Assembly: GCA_964632485.1 (NCBI GenBank)
Contig: CAZWDO010000018.1
Location: 1 to 64,000, forward strand
Length of the DNA stretch: 64,000 nucleotides
Direction of reading: 5' to 3'
Source: an uncultured bacterium
GTDB lineage: Bacteria > JAGOEH01
Part shown: piece by piece, positions 31,227-39,541 of the stretch
Layout of the letters: every line of letters starts with the position of its first letter
Numbering within the stretch: the first letter of the stretch is position 1
Notes under the pieces: generated by a model
Databases searched by the model: none
Told to the model about the DNA's origin: nothing
Seen by the model: only the letters and a program-made list of their open reading frames with translations
Translations under genes and position numbers: made by a program

Positions 31227-31227
31227 A

Positions 31228-31932
31228 TCAATCCTCAGGTTCCAGAAGGGGACTATGAATCCACCCTTCGAACCGAACCTTTTCCCAATCGCCATTACGG
31301 TCGATCACATTAACGCTAATTCCGCGATCCAGTTTACCAATCTGCCGGCCACCGGGAGTTTTCCGGAAATAGATTACAGATCGCGACTTTTTCGTTTGAG
31401 GCTTGATAACAGACGAATTCATTGAGTTATGTTCTGGAGAGAAATCATCCATAGAGGCGCTGATGGGTAACGGGAACATTTGAGGGATAAAAAAAATTCC
31501 CTTAATGATGTTCACGTTCTCGATAGTTTGCATACCATCATATATTAAAAACTCCTGAATTTTCCCATCTTCCGATTTCAGCCAAACCGAGAGCGGATCC
31601 AAAAAGGCTTGCGCGATTATTTCTCCGGAATGTAAATATAAAGTCGCCCATACATTCACTTGGGCGGCCTGGTTGAAAAGATTCAGCGTATTTCCATAGA
31701 TCAGATCGATTTTTTGAATCATCGGAACCTGGATCAATCTAAGATGATTGCTTCCCTGGGCCAATACGGGAATCCGATTATTCGCTTTGCCATATTGGGA
31801 AAGCGCGATAGCGCCTTTAAGCATCTCATTGTTGCGAAGAATGATAATCCCACTGCGAAAAACAAGCTCCTGAGAAAAAGTCAATCCGGTAATCAGCGCA
31901 AGTATCACAACCACATAAACCGATTTCGGCAT
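31228..31932 (-). CDS. Exported hypothetical protein with C-terminal SH3b-like domain
   Basis: Signal peptide; FRKTPGGRQIGKLDRG.SVNVIDRNGDWEKVRFEGWI. Confidence 0.7.
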   Translation of the reverse strand: MPKSVYVVVILALITGLTFSQELVFRSGIIILRNNEMLKGAIALSQYGKANNRIPVLAQGSNHLRLIQVPMIQKIDLIYGNTLNLFNQAAQVNVWATLYLHSGEIIAQAFLDPLSVWLKSEDGKIQEFLIYDGMQTIENVNIIKGIFFIPQMFPLPISASMDDFSPEHNSMNSSVIKPQTKKSRSVIYFRKTPGGRQIGKLDRGISVNVIDRNGDWEKVRFEGWIHSPLLEPED

Positions 31933-31951
31933 TTTGATATCCTTTCCGTGC

Positions 31952-32257
31952 CTACTTCAGCGAGATTGCTGGCAGTTTAAGGTAATTACGGGGATAAAGG
32001 CGCTCTTTTTTCAGGATATTTATCCATTTTTCCGAGGACAGCTCTTTCTTTTCGAGCCATTTTTTAATAGTGTAAACCTTTTCAATCACAGCGTTTCCTC
32101 CATGAAGCGCAACATAATCAGAGGGATTGAAGCAGGAAACAGTTTCAAAGCGATTCCCTTCGGATGTTACAACCCGCAGACGATAGACAAGAGTCTCAGC
32201 AAGGGTCATCGAATAGAAACAAAGAATCATTCCAAGCAGAAAACTATTCTTGATCAT
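31952..32257 (-). CDS. Small exported hypothetical protein
   Basis: Signal peptide ending TLA-E; overlaps upstream gene in the operon. Confidence 0.65.
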   Translation of the reverse strand: MIKNSFLLGMILCFYSMTLAETLVYRLRVVTSEGNRFETVSCFNPSDYVALHGGNAVIEKVYTIKKWLEKKELSSEKWINILKKERLYPRNYLKLPAISLK

Positions 32258-32885
32258 AAATAATATACTGCGTTTTCAATTCTGGCTGAATTTCCCAAGT
32301 TGCAATAACTTTATGCCAGTACATCGATTTTAAGGTAATGAATCGAACCTCTTCATCACCTAACAGAGAAACGGGAAATTCCAGACCAAAGGTTTTTTCC
32401 CAGGCCAAATCATCATAGACATGGCCGTCCACATCAATTGGCTGATATCTGGGCAATGTTCCCCGGCCGATAACATCCGCCCGCACGCGGACTCCCAGGT
32501 TGTTTTCTAATACAAACAAATCATTATTAGCCCAAAGGAGATCCTCAACATGGTCAGATCGCACGGTGACCTCAAACCATAAACGTCGCCGGGAATAATC
32601 GAAATTCCGTTCGATCAATTGCATTAAGCGGGATTTTGACATCTTACCATAACGCCCCAAATCAGAATAGTATTGTTGAATATATTCAGGCGTATTGAAA
32701 AGGACCTGTACATTAATTCCAGCATCGCCAAACCCGCTCAAATTAACACACGAATTATAAACGGTATAATTATGAAGGTTCGATTGATCGAAATTCAACG
32801 AAATTCCACTACTGGTATTGACGCCATTTGATTGAGCGAGCAGTGGCATACAAAAAAACAACCATAGATACACTATTTTTTTCAT
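32244..32885 (-). CDS. Exported hypothetical protein, paralog of 32904-33518
   Basis: Signal peptide LLA-Q; shares PRYxPxxVDGHxYDxxxWEKTFGLxFP with the next gene; AGGAG RBS. Confidence 0.8.
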   Translation of the reverse strand: MKKIVYLWLFFCMPLLAQSNGVNTSSGISLNFDQSNLHNYTVYNSCVNLSGFGDAGINVQVLFNTPEYIQQYYSDLGRYGKMSKSRLMQLIERNFDYSRRRLWFEVTVRSDHVEDLLWANNDLFVLENNLGVRVRADVIGRGTLPRYQPIDVDGHVYDDLAWEKTFGLEFPVSLLGDEEVRFITLKSMYWHKVIATWEIQPELKTQYIIYDQE

Positions 32886-32903
32886 AAAAATTCTCCTAAT
32901 CGT

Positions 32904-33518
32904 TTAGTTGCCACAATCACTATCGCAATCATCGAGTTTATAATACTGACGCAGCTTATCGATCTCCCAGACACCCAGGATCGATTGATCCATGGCGGAT
33001 ACTAAATAAAAGCATTTATTATCACAGTTTTCACACAGAACCGTCAATGGGAAGCGCAATCCAAACGTTTTTTCCCAGGAAATTCTGTCATAGATGTGAC
33101 CATCTACTTCAAGCGGCCGATAGCGCGGATAGCTACCACTTCCCGCAAACTCCGGATAAAAGCGGGCGCCTTTATCGGTTATGAGAATGAACTGTTCGCA
33201 TTCATTCCAGACTAATTCTTCCATTGAACCTGCTCGGGCCGTGATATTGAACCAGAGGAAATGTTGGGAGAAATTCACTTTCCGCGCCAGCAATTGCTCT
33301 TTTTCAGCCATGCCCATCCCCATAGCTTGTGAGATATGCTGGTAATACCATTCAATATAGTCCGGTGAATTCAAAACAACCTGAAATGAAATATCACGGA
33401 CACTTTTACAAGCAATTTGAGACCGGGCATAGTCATTAGACACAACCTGCCGGCTGCTTGAACAAGTGATAGAACCAATCAACAGTGAACAAATAAGAAT
33501 AAAAATTTTTATACGCAT
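32904..33518 (-). CDS. Putative lipoprotein, paralog of 32244-32885
   Basis: MRIKIFILICSLLIGSITC-SSS; AGGAGG RBS; shared motif; Cys-rich C-terminus. Confidence 0.8.
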   Translation of the reverse strand: MRIKIFILICSLLIGSITCSSSRQVVSNDYARSQIACKSVRDISFQVVLNSPDYIEWYYQHISQAMGMGMAEKEQLLARKVNFSQHFLWFNITARAGSMEELVWNECEQFILITDKGARFYPEFAGSGSYPRYRPLEVDGHIYDRISWEKTFGLRFPLTVLCENCDNKCFYLVSAMDQSILGVWEIDKLRQYYKLDDCDSDCGN

Positions 33519-33569
33519 TAGCGCCCTCCTGCTAAGAGTTGACATACTGATACACACATTCTAATATAA

Positions 33570-33597
33570 TCATCGACAAAAAAAAACACAAAATTTA
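33570..33597 (-). promoter_or_regulatory. sigma28-like promoter TAAA-N16-GTCGATGA
   Basis: Same GTCGAT -10 as the flagellin promoter; spacer one base long but contains a 9-nt homopolymer. Confidence 0.5.
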
Positions 33598-33626
33598 ATT
33601 ATTTTTTTAAAAAAAGATAAATTGGC

Positions 33627-33655
33627 TTGACAAAAAGATTCAATTTAACTATATT
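33627..33655 (+). promoter_or_regulatory. sigma70-type promoter TTGACA-N17-TATATT
   Basis: Upstream of the PilZ-like gene and rho. Confidence 0.6.
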
Positions 33656-33702
33656 AAATCAGGAAATAATTAAATAGTAACGATAAAAGTACAAAGAAAA
33701 TC

Positions 33703-34866
33703 ATGAGCTTATTTAAAAAAACAACGACATCCGAACAAACAAAACTTACCAAAGCAGACGAAATTGAAAACGCCATCGCAAATCTAATTGAAAATAAGAC
33801 AGAAATCAATACCCAGTTTGATGGTAGCAAGTACTTCGGAGAAGTGATTAAAATCGAAAAAGATCAAACTATGATCCTCTCATTTGAAGACAATGTTCCA
33901 ATAGACATACTGGCGCATTCAAAATTGGTCCGCTTCGAATACAAACTGGGGCATGAGTGTTACTATGGAATGCTTAAATACAAAAAATATATCAAAGAAG
34001 GAACTCAAACTCAGTTTGCCTTCGCCATTCCAACCGAAATCATACGAGACCCAAGATTCCGGTATTATCGTGTTATCCCATTAGTAAACAAACCATTACA
34101 TATCAAATTTATCATGATGAGCCGCAGCAAACCGATGGGAGAAATGGTTCAGTTTCGCATCCGCGACATTTCAATCGAAGGGACTACATTCACTTTTCCC
34201 AATATCAACGTTCCATTTTATCCAGGGTATCCCTTAAAAAGCATTTCAATCGATGGACTGGACCAGGATTTTATTTGTGATGCTAAAGTTCGTTCCGTTG
34301 ATCGCAATACGTGTACGATAATGTTCAATAATCTGGCAGAGAAACAAGTGGATAGTTTAAACCAATATATTATCAGTGTAATGTACCACCAGAAAAAGAT
34401 GAAAGAAGAGCGGAAGGCCGATGAGTTGTTGGCCATTTCATCCGAAGGGGAGACGAACGATACTGCCACTGGCATTGAAACTGCCCCCCCCAGGAAGGAA
34501 CCAGAAATCAAGCATCCGATTCGGATTTTAATCATCGACAACAATCCTGACGAATCAGTCACGCAGATTGAAAAAAAATTTAGAGTTCGATTTGTCAATT
34601 TTGAAAAATTCCCATTGATTTTCCATACCATGATGCCTAATCTGGTTCTATTCAATCCCTGTTATATGAAAAGTTACGATACGCTGAAAAACCTGTTTCA
34701 GTTGAACCAGGAAAAGAATATCCCTGTTTGGCTAATATACTCGCAAATCAGTGATAGTTTTATTAATCAGATCCGTGATGAATTTAAAATTATCGAAATG
34801 GTCCAGTTACCCTTGAACCTCGCTGAATTTGAAAAAAAAGTATTATCGTTAGTAACAACCATGTAA
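33703..34866 (+). CDS. YcgR/PilZ-like protein with C-terminal pseudo-receiver domain
   Basis: PTEI...RFRYYRV and DISIEG PilZ motifs; IRILIIDNN...PNLVLFN receiver-like tail. Confidence 0.65.
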   Translation: MSLFKKTTTSEQTKLTKADEIENAIANLIENKTEINTQFDGSKYFGEVIKIEKDQTMILSFEDNVPIDILAHSKLVRFEYKLGHECYYGMLKYKKYIKEGTQTQFAFAIPTEIIRDPRFRYYRVIPLVNKPLHIKFIMMSRSKPMGEMVQFRIRDISIEGTTFTFPNINVPFYPGYPLKSISIDGLDQDFICDAKVRSVDRNTCTIMFNNLAEKQVDSLNQYIISVMYHQKKMKEERKADELLAISSEGETNDTATGIETAPPRKEPEIKHPIRILIIDNNPDESVTQIEKKFRVRFVNFEKFPLIFHTMMPNLVLFNPCYMKSYDTLKNLFQLNQEKNIPVWLIYSQISDSFINQIRDEFKIIEMVQLPLNLAEFEKKVLSLVTTM

Positions 34867-35085
34867 TGAAGAGCTATGTTTTAAACTTCAGGATAAATGA
34901 CGCTCGTCAAAGAGACATACAGATCGACTCGTCATTCTCGATCTGAAGTGTGAAAAGGCTGAATTCACACTTCCAGCCCCACAAGACGTATTAAGTACAA
35001 TTTTGAAAATTGTTGTAAATAAGTTACTTAAAAAATTGGCTATGAACATATCTCCATGATATGTTAAATGAAGAAAGGAGAAAAA

Positions 35086-36339
35086 ATGGATATAGTTAGT
35101 TTGCAAAGTATGACTATATCAGAACTTTTAGGAATAGCTGAAAAGCTGAATATTCCCGATTTTTCAGGATTGAAAAAGCAGGAATTAATTTTTAAAATTC
35201 TACAAACCCAAACAGAGAAAAACGGATTAATATTTACGGAAGGTGTCGTTGAAATCACAACTGAAGGGTATGGATTTCTACGTTCACCTGAAACAAACTA
35301 TTTAGCGGGACCGGATGATGTTTATATAAGTCCCTCTCAAATCAAGCGATTCAGTTTACGCACCGGAGATACAGTTTCTGGCCAAGTCCGGTCGCCAAAA
35401 GAAGGAGAACGGTATTTCGCGTTATTGAAAGTGGAAACCATCAATTGCCAGGACCCGGTGGAAGCTAAATCTCGTCCTCTTTTTGACAATCTGACTCCTT
35501 TATATCCGGAAACCCAGATTATGCTTGAGAATCAACTCAACAAGCAGGGAATTTCGATGCGGATTCTGGATTTATTATGTCCTGTCGGAATGGGGCAACG
35601 TGGGCTGATAACTGCTCCTCCCCGCGCCGGTAAAACGATTTTATTGCAGAGTATCGCCAATAGTATCGCGGCGAATTATACGAAAATAAAATTAATCGTT
35701 CTTCTAATTGATGAACGGCCGGAAGAAGTAACCGATATGAAGCGTAACGTTAAGGCTGAAGTGATTAGTTCTACCTTCGACGAACCGCCGGAACGGCATG
35801 TGCAGGTGGCAGATATGGTATTAGAAAAAGCTAAACGCTTAGTCGAGCATAAATTCGATGTGGTTGTGCTATTAGATAGTATTACCCGTTTAGCCCGGGC
35901 GCACAACACCGTAGTACCGCATTCGGGTAAAATACTTTCGGGAGGTGTCGATTCCAATGCTCTTCATCGTCCCAAACGATTTTTCGGCGCAGCTCGAAAT
36001 GTTGAAGAAGGGGGCAGTCTGACTATCATCGCAACGGCGCTTATTGAAACGGGAAGCCGAATGGATGAAGTCATTTTTGAAGAGTTCAAAGGAACCGGCA
36101 ACATGGAATTGGTACTGGATCGCCGACTGAGCGACAAACGCATATTCCCGGCAATCGATATTAATCGATCCGGCACACGTAAAGAAGAACTCTTGATCTC
36201 AGACGATGATTTGAATCGCATTTGGATATTGAGAAAACTTTTAAATGAAATGACTCCGGTCGAAGCCATGGAATTTCTGCTCACAAGAATGAATAATACA
36301 AAATCTAATAAGAAGTTTTTATTATCAATGAGCGATTAG
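35086..36339 (+). CDS. rho: Transcription termination factor Rho
   Basis: [61 protein letters not shown]. Confidence 0.98.
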   Translation: MDIVSLQSMTISELLGIAEKLNIPDFSGLKKQELIFKILQTQTEKNGLIFTEGVVEITTEGYGFLRSPETNYLAGPDDVYISPSQIKRFSLRTGDTVSGQVRSPKEGERYFALLKVETINCQDPVEAKSRPLFDNLTPLYPETQIMLENQLNKQGISMRILDLLCPVGMGQRGLITAPPRAGKTILLQSIANSIAANYTKIKLIVLLIDERPEEVTDMKRNVKAEVISSTFDEPPERHVQVADMVLEKAKRLVEHKFDVVVLLDSITRLARAHNTVVPHSGKILSGGVDSNALHRPKRFFGAARNVEEGGSLTIIATALIETGSRMDEVIFEEFKGTGNMELVLDRRLSDKRIFPAIDINRSGTRKEELLISDDDLNRIWILRKLLNEMTPVEAMEFLLTRMNNTKSNKKFLLSMSD

Positions 36340-36363
36340 TAGCAACAATAAATTCTGTATCTG

Positions 36364-36401
36364 AACGAAAAAGATTGACTTAAAAATCAATCTTTTTCGT
36401 T
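36364..36401. terminator. Bidirectional terminator between rho and flgM
   Basis: Perfect 15-bp inverted repeat AACGAAAAAGATTGA / TCAATCTTTTTCGTT. Confidence 0.8.
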
Positions 36402-36728
36402 TCAGTCTTCCAATAGAGGCAATAACCGGTTCGCCACCAGATCATGAATGCTTGAGGAGGGCTGGTAGAAACCATCCTGAATTTTGTTTCTTACTTCCTG
36501 CAACTTATCCTGTCGAACATCATTAATATCTTTAAGGTAAGCCATTGCCAATTTCATCGTTTGAATTTGATCAGAAAGCACTTTTCCTTTTTCTGAAATA
36601 TCGATTTGAACCGATTCAGGATTATTCTTGCCTGCAATTTCCGTTTTATTTCGGCTCACCGTCTCGGATTTGTTTTTTTGGTTCTTGTACTCTTTGAGAA
36701 AGAAAGAATTAACTGTTTCTATTTGCAT
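36402..36728 (-). CDS. flgM: Anti-sigma28 factor FlgM
   Basis: ESVQIDISEKG...DVRQDKLQEVRNKIQDGFY...VANRLL; flagellar context. Confidence 0.8.
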   Translation of the reverse strand: MQIETVNSFFLKEYKNQKNKSETVSRNKTEIAGKNNPESVQIDISEKGKVLSDQIQTMKLAMAYLKDINDVRQDKLQEVRNKIQDGFYQPSSSIHDLVANRLLPLLED

Positions 36729-36751
36729 GGCAAGCCATCCTTTCGACCCAA

Positions 36752-37141
36752 TCAGGCTTTTTCATCGGTGATAAGCCCGGTTAATTCAGCCAACGATTTT
36801 TCAATTTTCAAAAGATAGTCAGGGGGTATCTGACGAATTACCTTATCCCGCTCCATATCAACCACTTGTATCACAGTTTGATTATTATAGTCACGCATGA
36901 TTTTGAATTGTACTTTACTGTTGATTTGATTGATATAGGCATTAATGTTCTCCACCATTTGGTTCATTTTGTCAGAGGAAGGTTTCCAGTCACTATTTTT
37001 TTTCAATTGACTTTCATTAAAATTATCCAGCGCCTTTTGCGTTTCAATTTTTTGATCAGCGGCAACAGACGCTTTCATTTCATGGACCGGTGTCAGTGGC
37101 TCGGGAAAGGTAAAAGATGAGTTAATACTTTTCGTATCCAT
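36752..37141 (-). CDS. flaG: Flagellar protein FlaG
   Basis: KVQFKI...VIQVVD.ERDKVIRQIPP...L.GLITDEKA. Confidence 0.9.
   Translation of the reverse strand: MDTKSINSSFTFPEPLTPVHEMKASVAADQKIETQKALDNFNESQLKKNSDWKPSSDKMNQMVENINAYINQINSKVQFKIMRDYNNQTVIQVVDMERDKVIRQIPPDYLLKIEKSLAELTGLITDEKA
36762..36788 (-). promoter_or_regulatory. Possible internal sigma28 promoter for flgM (TGAA-N15-ACCGATGA)
   Basis: Correct 15-nt spacing, 34 nt upstream of the flgM start, inside the flaG 3' end. Confidence 0.35.
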
Positions 37142-37162
37142 AACATGCCACCTTACTAAAAA

Positions 37163-37600
37163 TTACGCTGAATAGACCCGATTTGATTCGCCATTGACGA
37201 CTTCAGTTTCCTGGGGAAGGTGTTTTTTCCCCTCCTGGGTCAGAGCTTGATCCCAGGCGTCCTTGATTCCAACCAACAAATCAACCACTTCGTCAATCGG
37301 TTGCATCAAATTGAGTCCGACATTCACTTGGTTTAAACGATAGTTCATATAATCATACAAACGGAATAAAGGAATCGATATATCCTCAATTTCCATATTT
37401 AAAGAATTTTGCAATTCACGAATAATACGTTTCGCTTTGAGCACGTATTGAAAAGATTCGTAGAATTTCTTTTTTTGCTGTTCCAATCTGGCTAGTTTGA
37501 GAAATTTAATCGCATGCTCGTAGGCCATGATCAGTAATTTTTCTTTACTCACCACGTTCAGTTTCATATTATTATAAGCTTGAATTCCTGTGTCAACCAT
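37163..37600 (-). CDS. fliS: Flagellin export chaperone FliS
   Basis: KLLIMAYEHAIKFL...IIRELQNSLNME...LFRLYDYM...IKDAW. Confidence 0.92.
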   Translation of the reverse strand: MVDTGIQAYNNMKLNVVSKEKLLIMAYEHAIKFLKLARLEQQKKKFYESFQYVLKAKRIIRELQNSLNMEIEDISIPLFRLYDYMNYRLNQVNVGLNLMQPIDEVVDLLVGIKDAWDQALTQEGKKHLPQETEVVNGESNRVYSA

Positions 37601-37662
37601 TTTCTACCAATCCTTTCTCTATTCAATCCGGTTGATCTCCGGCGCATTGACTTCAACCAGCG

Positions 37663-37689
37663 AGGGATGGTACCCTCAGGTCCATCCCT
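37663..37689. terminator. Hairpin downstream of flagellin (mRNA stabiliser or partial terminator)
   Basis: AGGGATGG 37663-37670 / CCATCCCT 37682-37689; no U-tract on the minus strand. Confidence 0.45.
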
Positions 37690-37722
37690 TTTAACCGGTC
37701 ATCGTCATTTCCCAGGTTTGTC

Positions 37723-38964
37723 TTATTTAAAGAGCGACAGTATATTCTGGGGAAGGAACATTGATTGCGCCATCATGGAGAGGCCGGACTGCTGCAAAAT
37801 TTGCAGAGTAGAAGATTGCAGTTGTTCTTTTGCGACATCGGCATCTTCGATACGGCTGGCCGCAGCGCGCACGTTCGTTTCAGCGGTAGCCAGAAAATCT
37901 TCTTTAAAGGAAAGACGCTGGCCCTTGGCGCCGACATTGGCCGTCATGTGGTTCACTTTTGTAATGGCCTGATCAATGATACTCATCGTTTCGATAGCAT
38001 TACCGTGATGCGACAAGTCCATCTTGGTAGCCTGGGCTCCGCGCACTTCAAAGGTTGTGGTCGCATTCGGCGTCAAGGCATACACTGGATTATCAGCATC
38101 GGTTGTATCCGGCGAATTGAAATCAATCTTTAAACCCTCGATCAAAGTGGTATTATTCGTCAATCCATTGGGATTGTTGGATTTTTGCTCATTGAGATAC
38201 AAATCGTTTAAATTAATTGTCTTTCGCCAGGTTGTTCCTCCTGCTACATTATAACCATTACTATCGAAATCGATTACAACATGCGAATTGGCTTTGTCAG
38301 TGCCAACATCCTGAAGCGTGCGGATACGATAGTATCCATTGGCGGCAATGGCCTTCGTATTTGAATTGAGGTCAATGCCGGCTACCGTCGTGTTGTTATC
38401 AATACTCAGATTGGTAACATCCCCAGCGCGAGAAGTTTCCCAACCCAACTGGCCGATTCCGATATCAGAGGCATAGAAACTATCCATGATATTGAAATTA
38501 GTGCGATCGGTATAATCAGGCCCGGTTTGGAAAAACTTGCTTTGGAAGGTTCCATCCAATAATTTTTGGGAACCCCAACGCGTAGTCTCCACTACCTGAT
38601 CAATTTCATCCGCTAACTCTTCAACGATTGATTGAATCTCAATCCGCTCATCCGAAGATAATGAATCATCGGCTGCCCGGGCGACATTCTTACGAACTTC
38701 TTCAATAAGTTTTGAAATATTGTTGGCGCCGCCTTCAGCCACGCCCAGCACATTGCGCGCATTTCCTACATTCTCGGAAGCAGAAGCCAAACCATCGGCC
38801 CGCACATTCAATTTTCGAGACAAAATAAAGCCGGCAGGATCATCGGCAGCCGCATTAATTCGCTTACCGGTGGACAATCGTTCCTGCGTAGCCGTCATCG
38901 ATTTCGTTGTGAAAAACAACGAATTATAAGCTTTAAGCGCGGAAACATTCGTGTTTATACGCAT
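37723..38964 (-). CDS. fliC: Flagellin
   Basis: MRINTNVSAL, ERLSTGKRINAAADDPAG, AAASRIEDADVAKE, ILQQSG; AGGAGG RBS. Confidence 0.96.
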   Translation of the reverse strand: MRINTNVSALKAYNSLFFTTKSMTATQERLSTGKRINAAADDPAGFILSRKLNVRADGLASASENVGNARNVLGVAEGGANNISKLIEEVRKNVARAADDSLSSDERIEIQSIVEELADEIDQVVETTRWGSQKLLDGTFQSKFFQTGPDYTDRTNFNIMDSFYASDIGIGQLGWETSRAGDVTNLSIDNNTTVAGIDLNSNTKAIAANGYYRIRTLQDVGTDKANSHVVIDFDSNGYNVAGGTTWRKTINLNDLYLNEQKSNNPNGLTNNTTLIEGLKIDFNSPDTTDADNPVYALTPNATTTFEVRGAQATKMDLSHHGNAIETMSIIDQAITKVNHMTANVGAKGQRLSFKEDFLATAETNVRAAASRIEDADVAKEQLQSSTLQILQQSGLSMMAQSMFLPQNILSLFK

Positions 38965-39064
38965 TTTAACTCCTCCTGAATTCATGAGTTAACTAACCTG
39001 TTAACCTTACGGTAGACTTTAGACCTTACACCAGACGTTAATTCTTTTCGACCTTCTATTATTT

Positions 39065-39091
39065 ATATCGACAGATCAAGGAGTTACTTTA
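39065..39091 (-). promoter_or_regulatory. sigma28 (FliA) promoter of flagellin TAAA-N15-GTCGATAT
   Basis: Matches TAAA-N15-GCCGATAA consensus, about 100 nt upstream of fliC. Confidence 0.85.
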
Positions 39092-39106
39092 GGATTTATT
39101 TGGGAT

Positions 39107-39529
39107 TTAGACTAATTTTTTTTTTAAATCGTTGATTTCATAAAACAGATAAAACTTTACCGGATAATGGTCCTGGAGAATTTTTTGCCCCCCCCAGCGA
39201 TTATAGCGATTGATAAAAAGCGGCATGCGCAAGTTCAACGAAATCAATTCAATTTCATCGGGTATGCTTACCAAAACAAAGAGTTCCAAGTCATCCGGAG
39301 AAATCAGATCGATTTTATCCTTTTCTTCAGCGGTTAACGCAATATCATATTCATAAAGAACGATATGAGGATTGAGCAATAGAAAAAACAATCCCTGTTG
39401 CTCCAGGCTGATTAGATAATAATAGGGGGAATCCCCGACGGATTGGAAAAGATAAAAATAGCGGAATTGGGGATATCCAATCACACCATCAGGGAAGTAG
39501 TACACACGCTGAAAATCATTAAAGAGCAT
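39107..39529 (-). CDS. fliW: Flagellar assembly factor FliW
   Basis: FPDGVIGY...LISLE...FLLLNP...SLNLRMPLFIN...GGQKIL. Confidence 0.88.
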   Translation of the reverse strand: MLFNDFQRVYYFPDGVIGYPQFRYFYLFQSVGDSPYYYLISLEQQGLFFLLLNPHIVLYEYDIALTAEEKDKIDLISPDDLELFVLVSIPDEIELISLNLRMPLFINRYNRWGGQKILQDHYPVKFYLFYEINDLKKKLV

Positions 39530-39541
39530 AGTAAACCTGCA

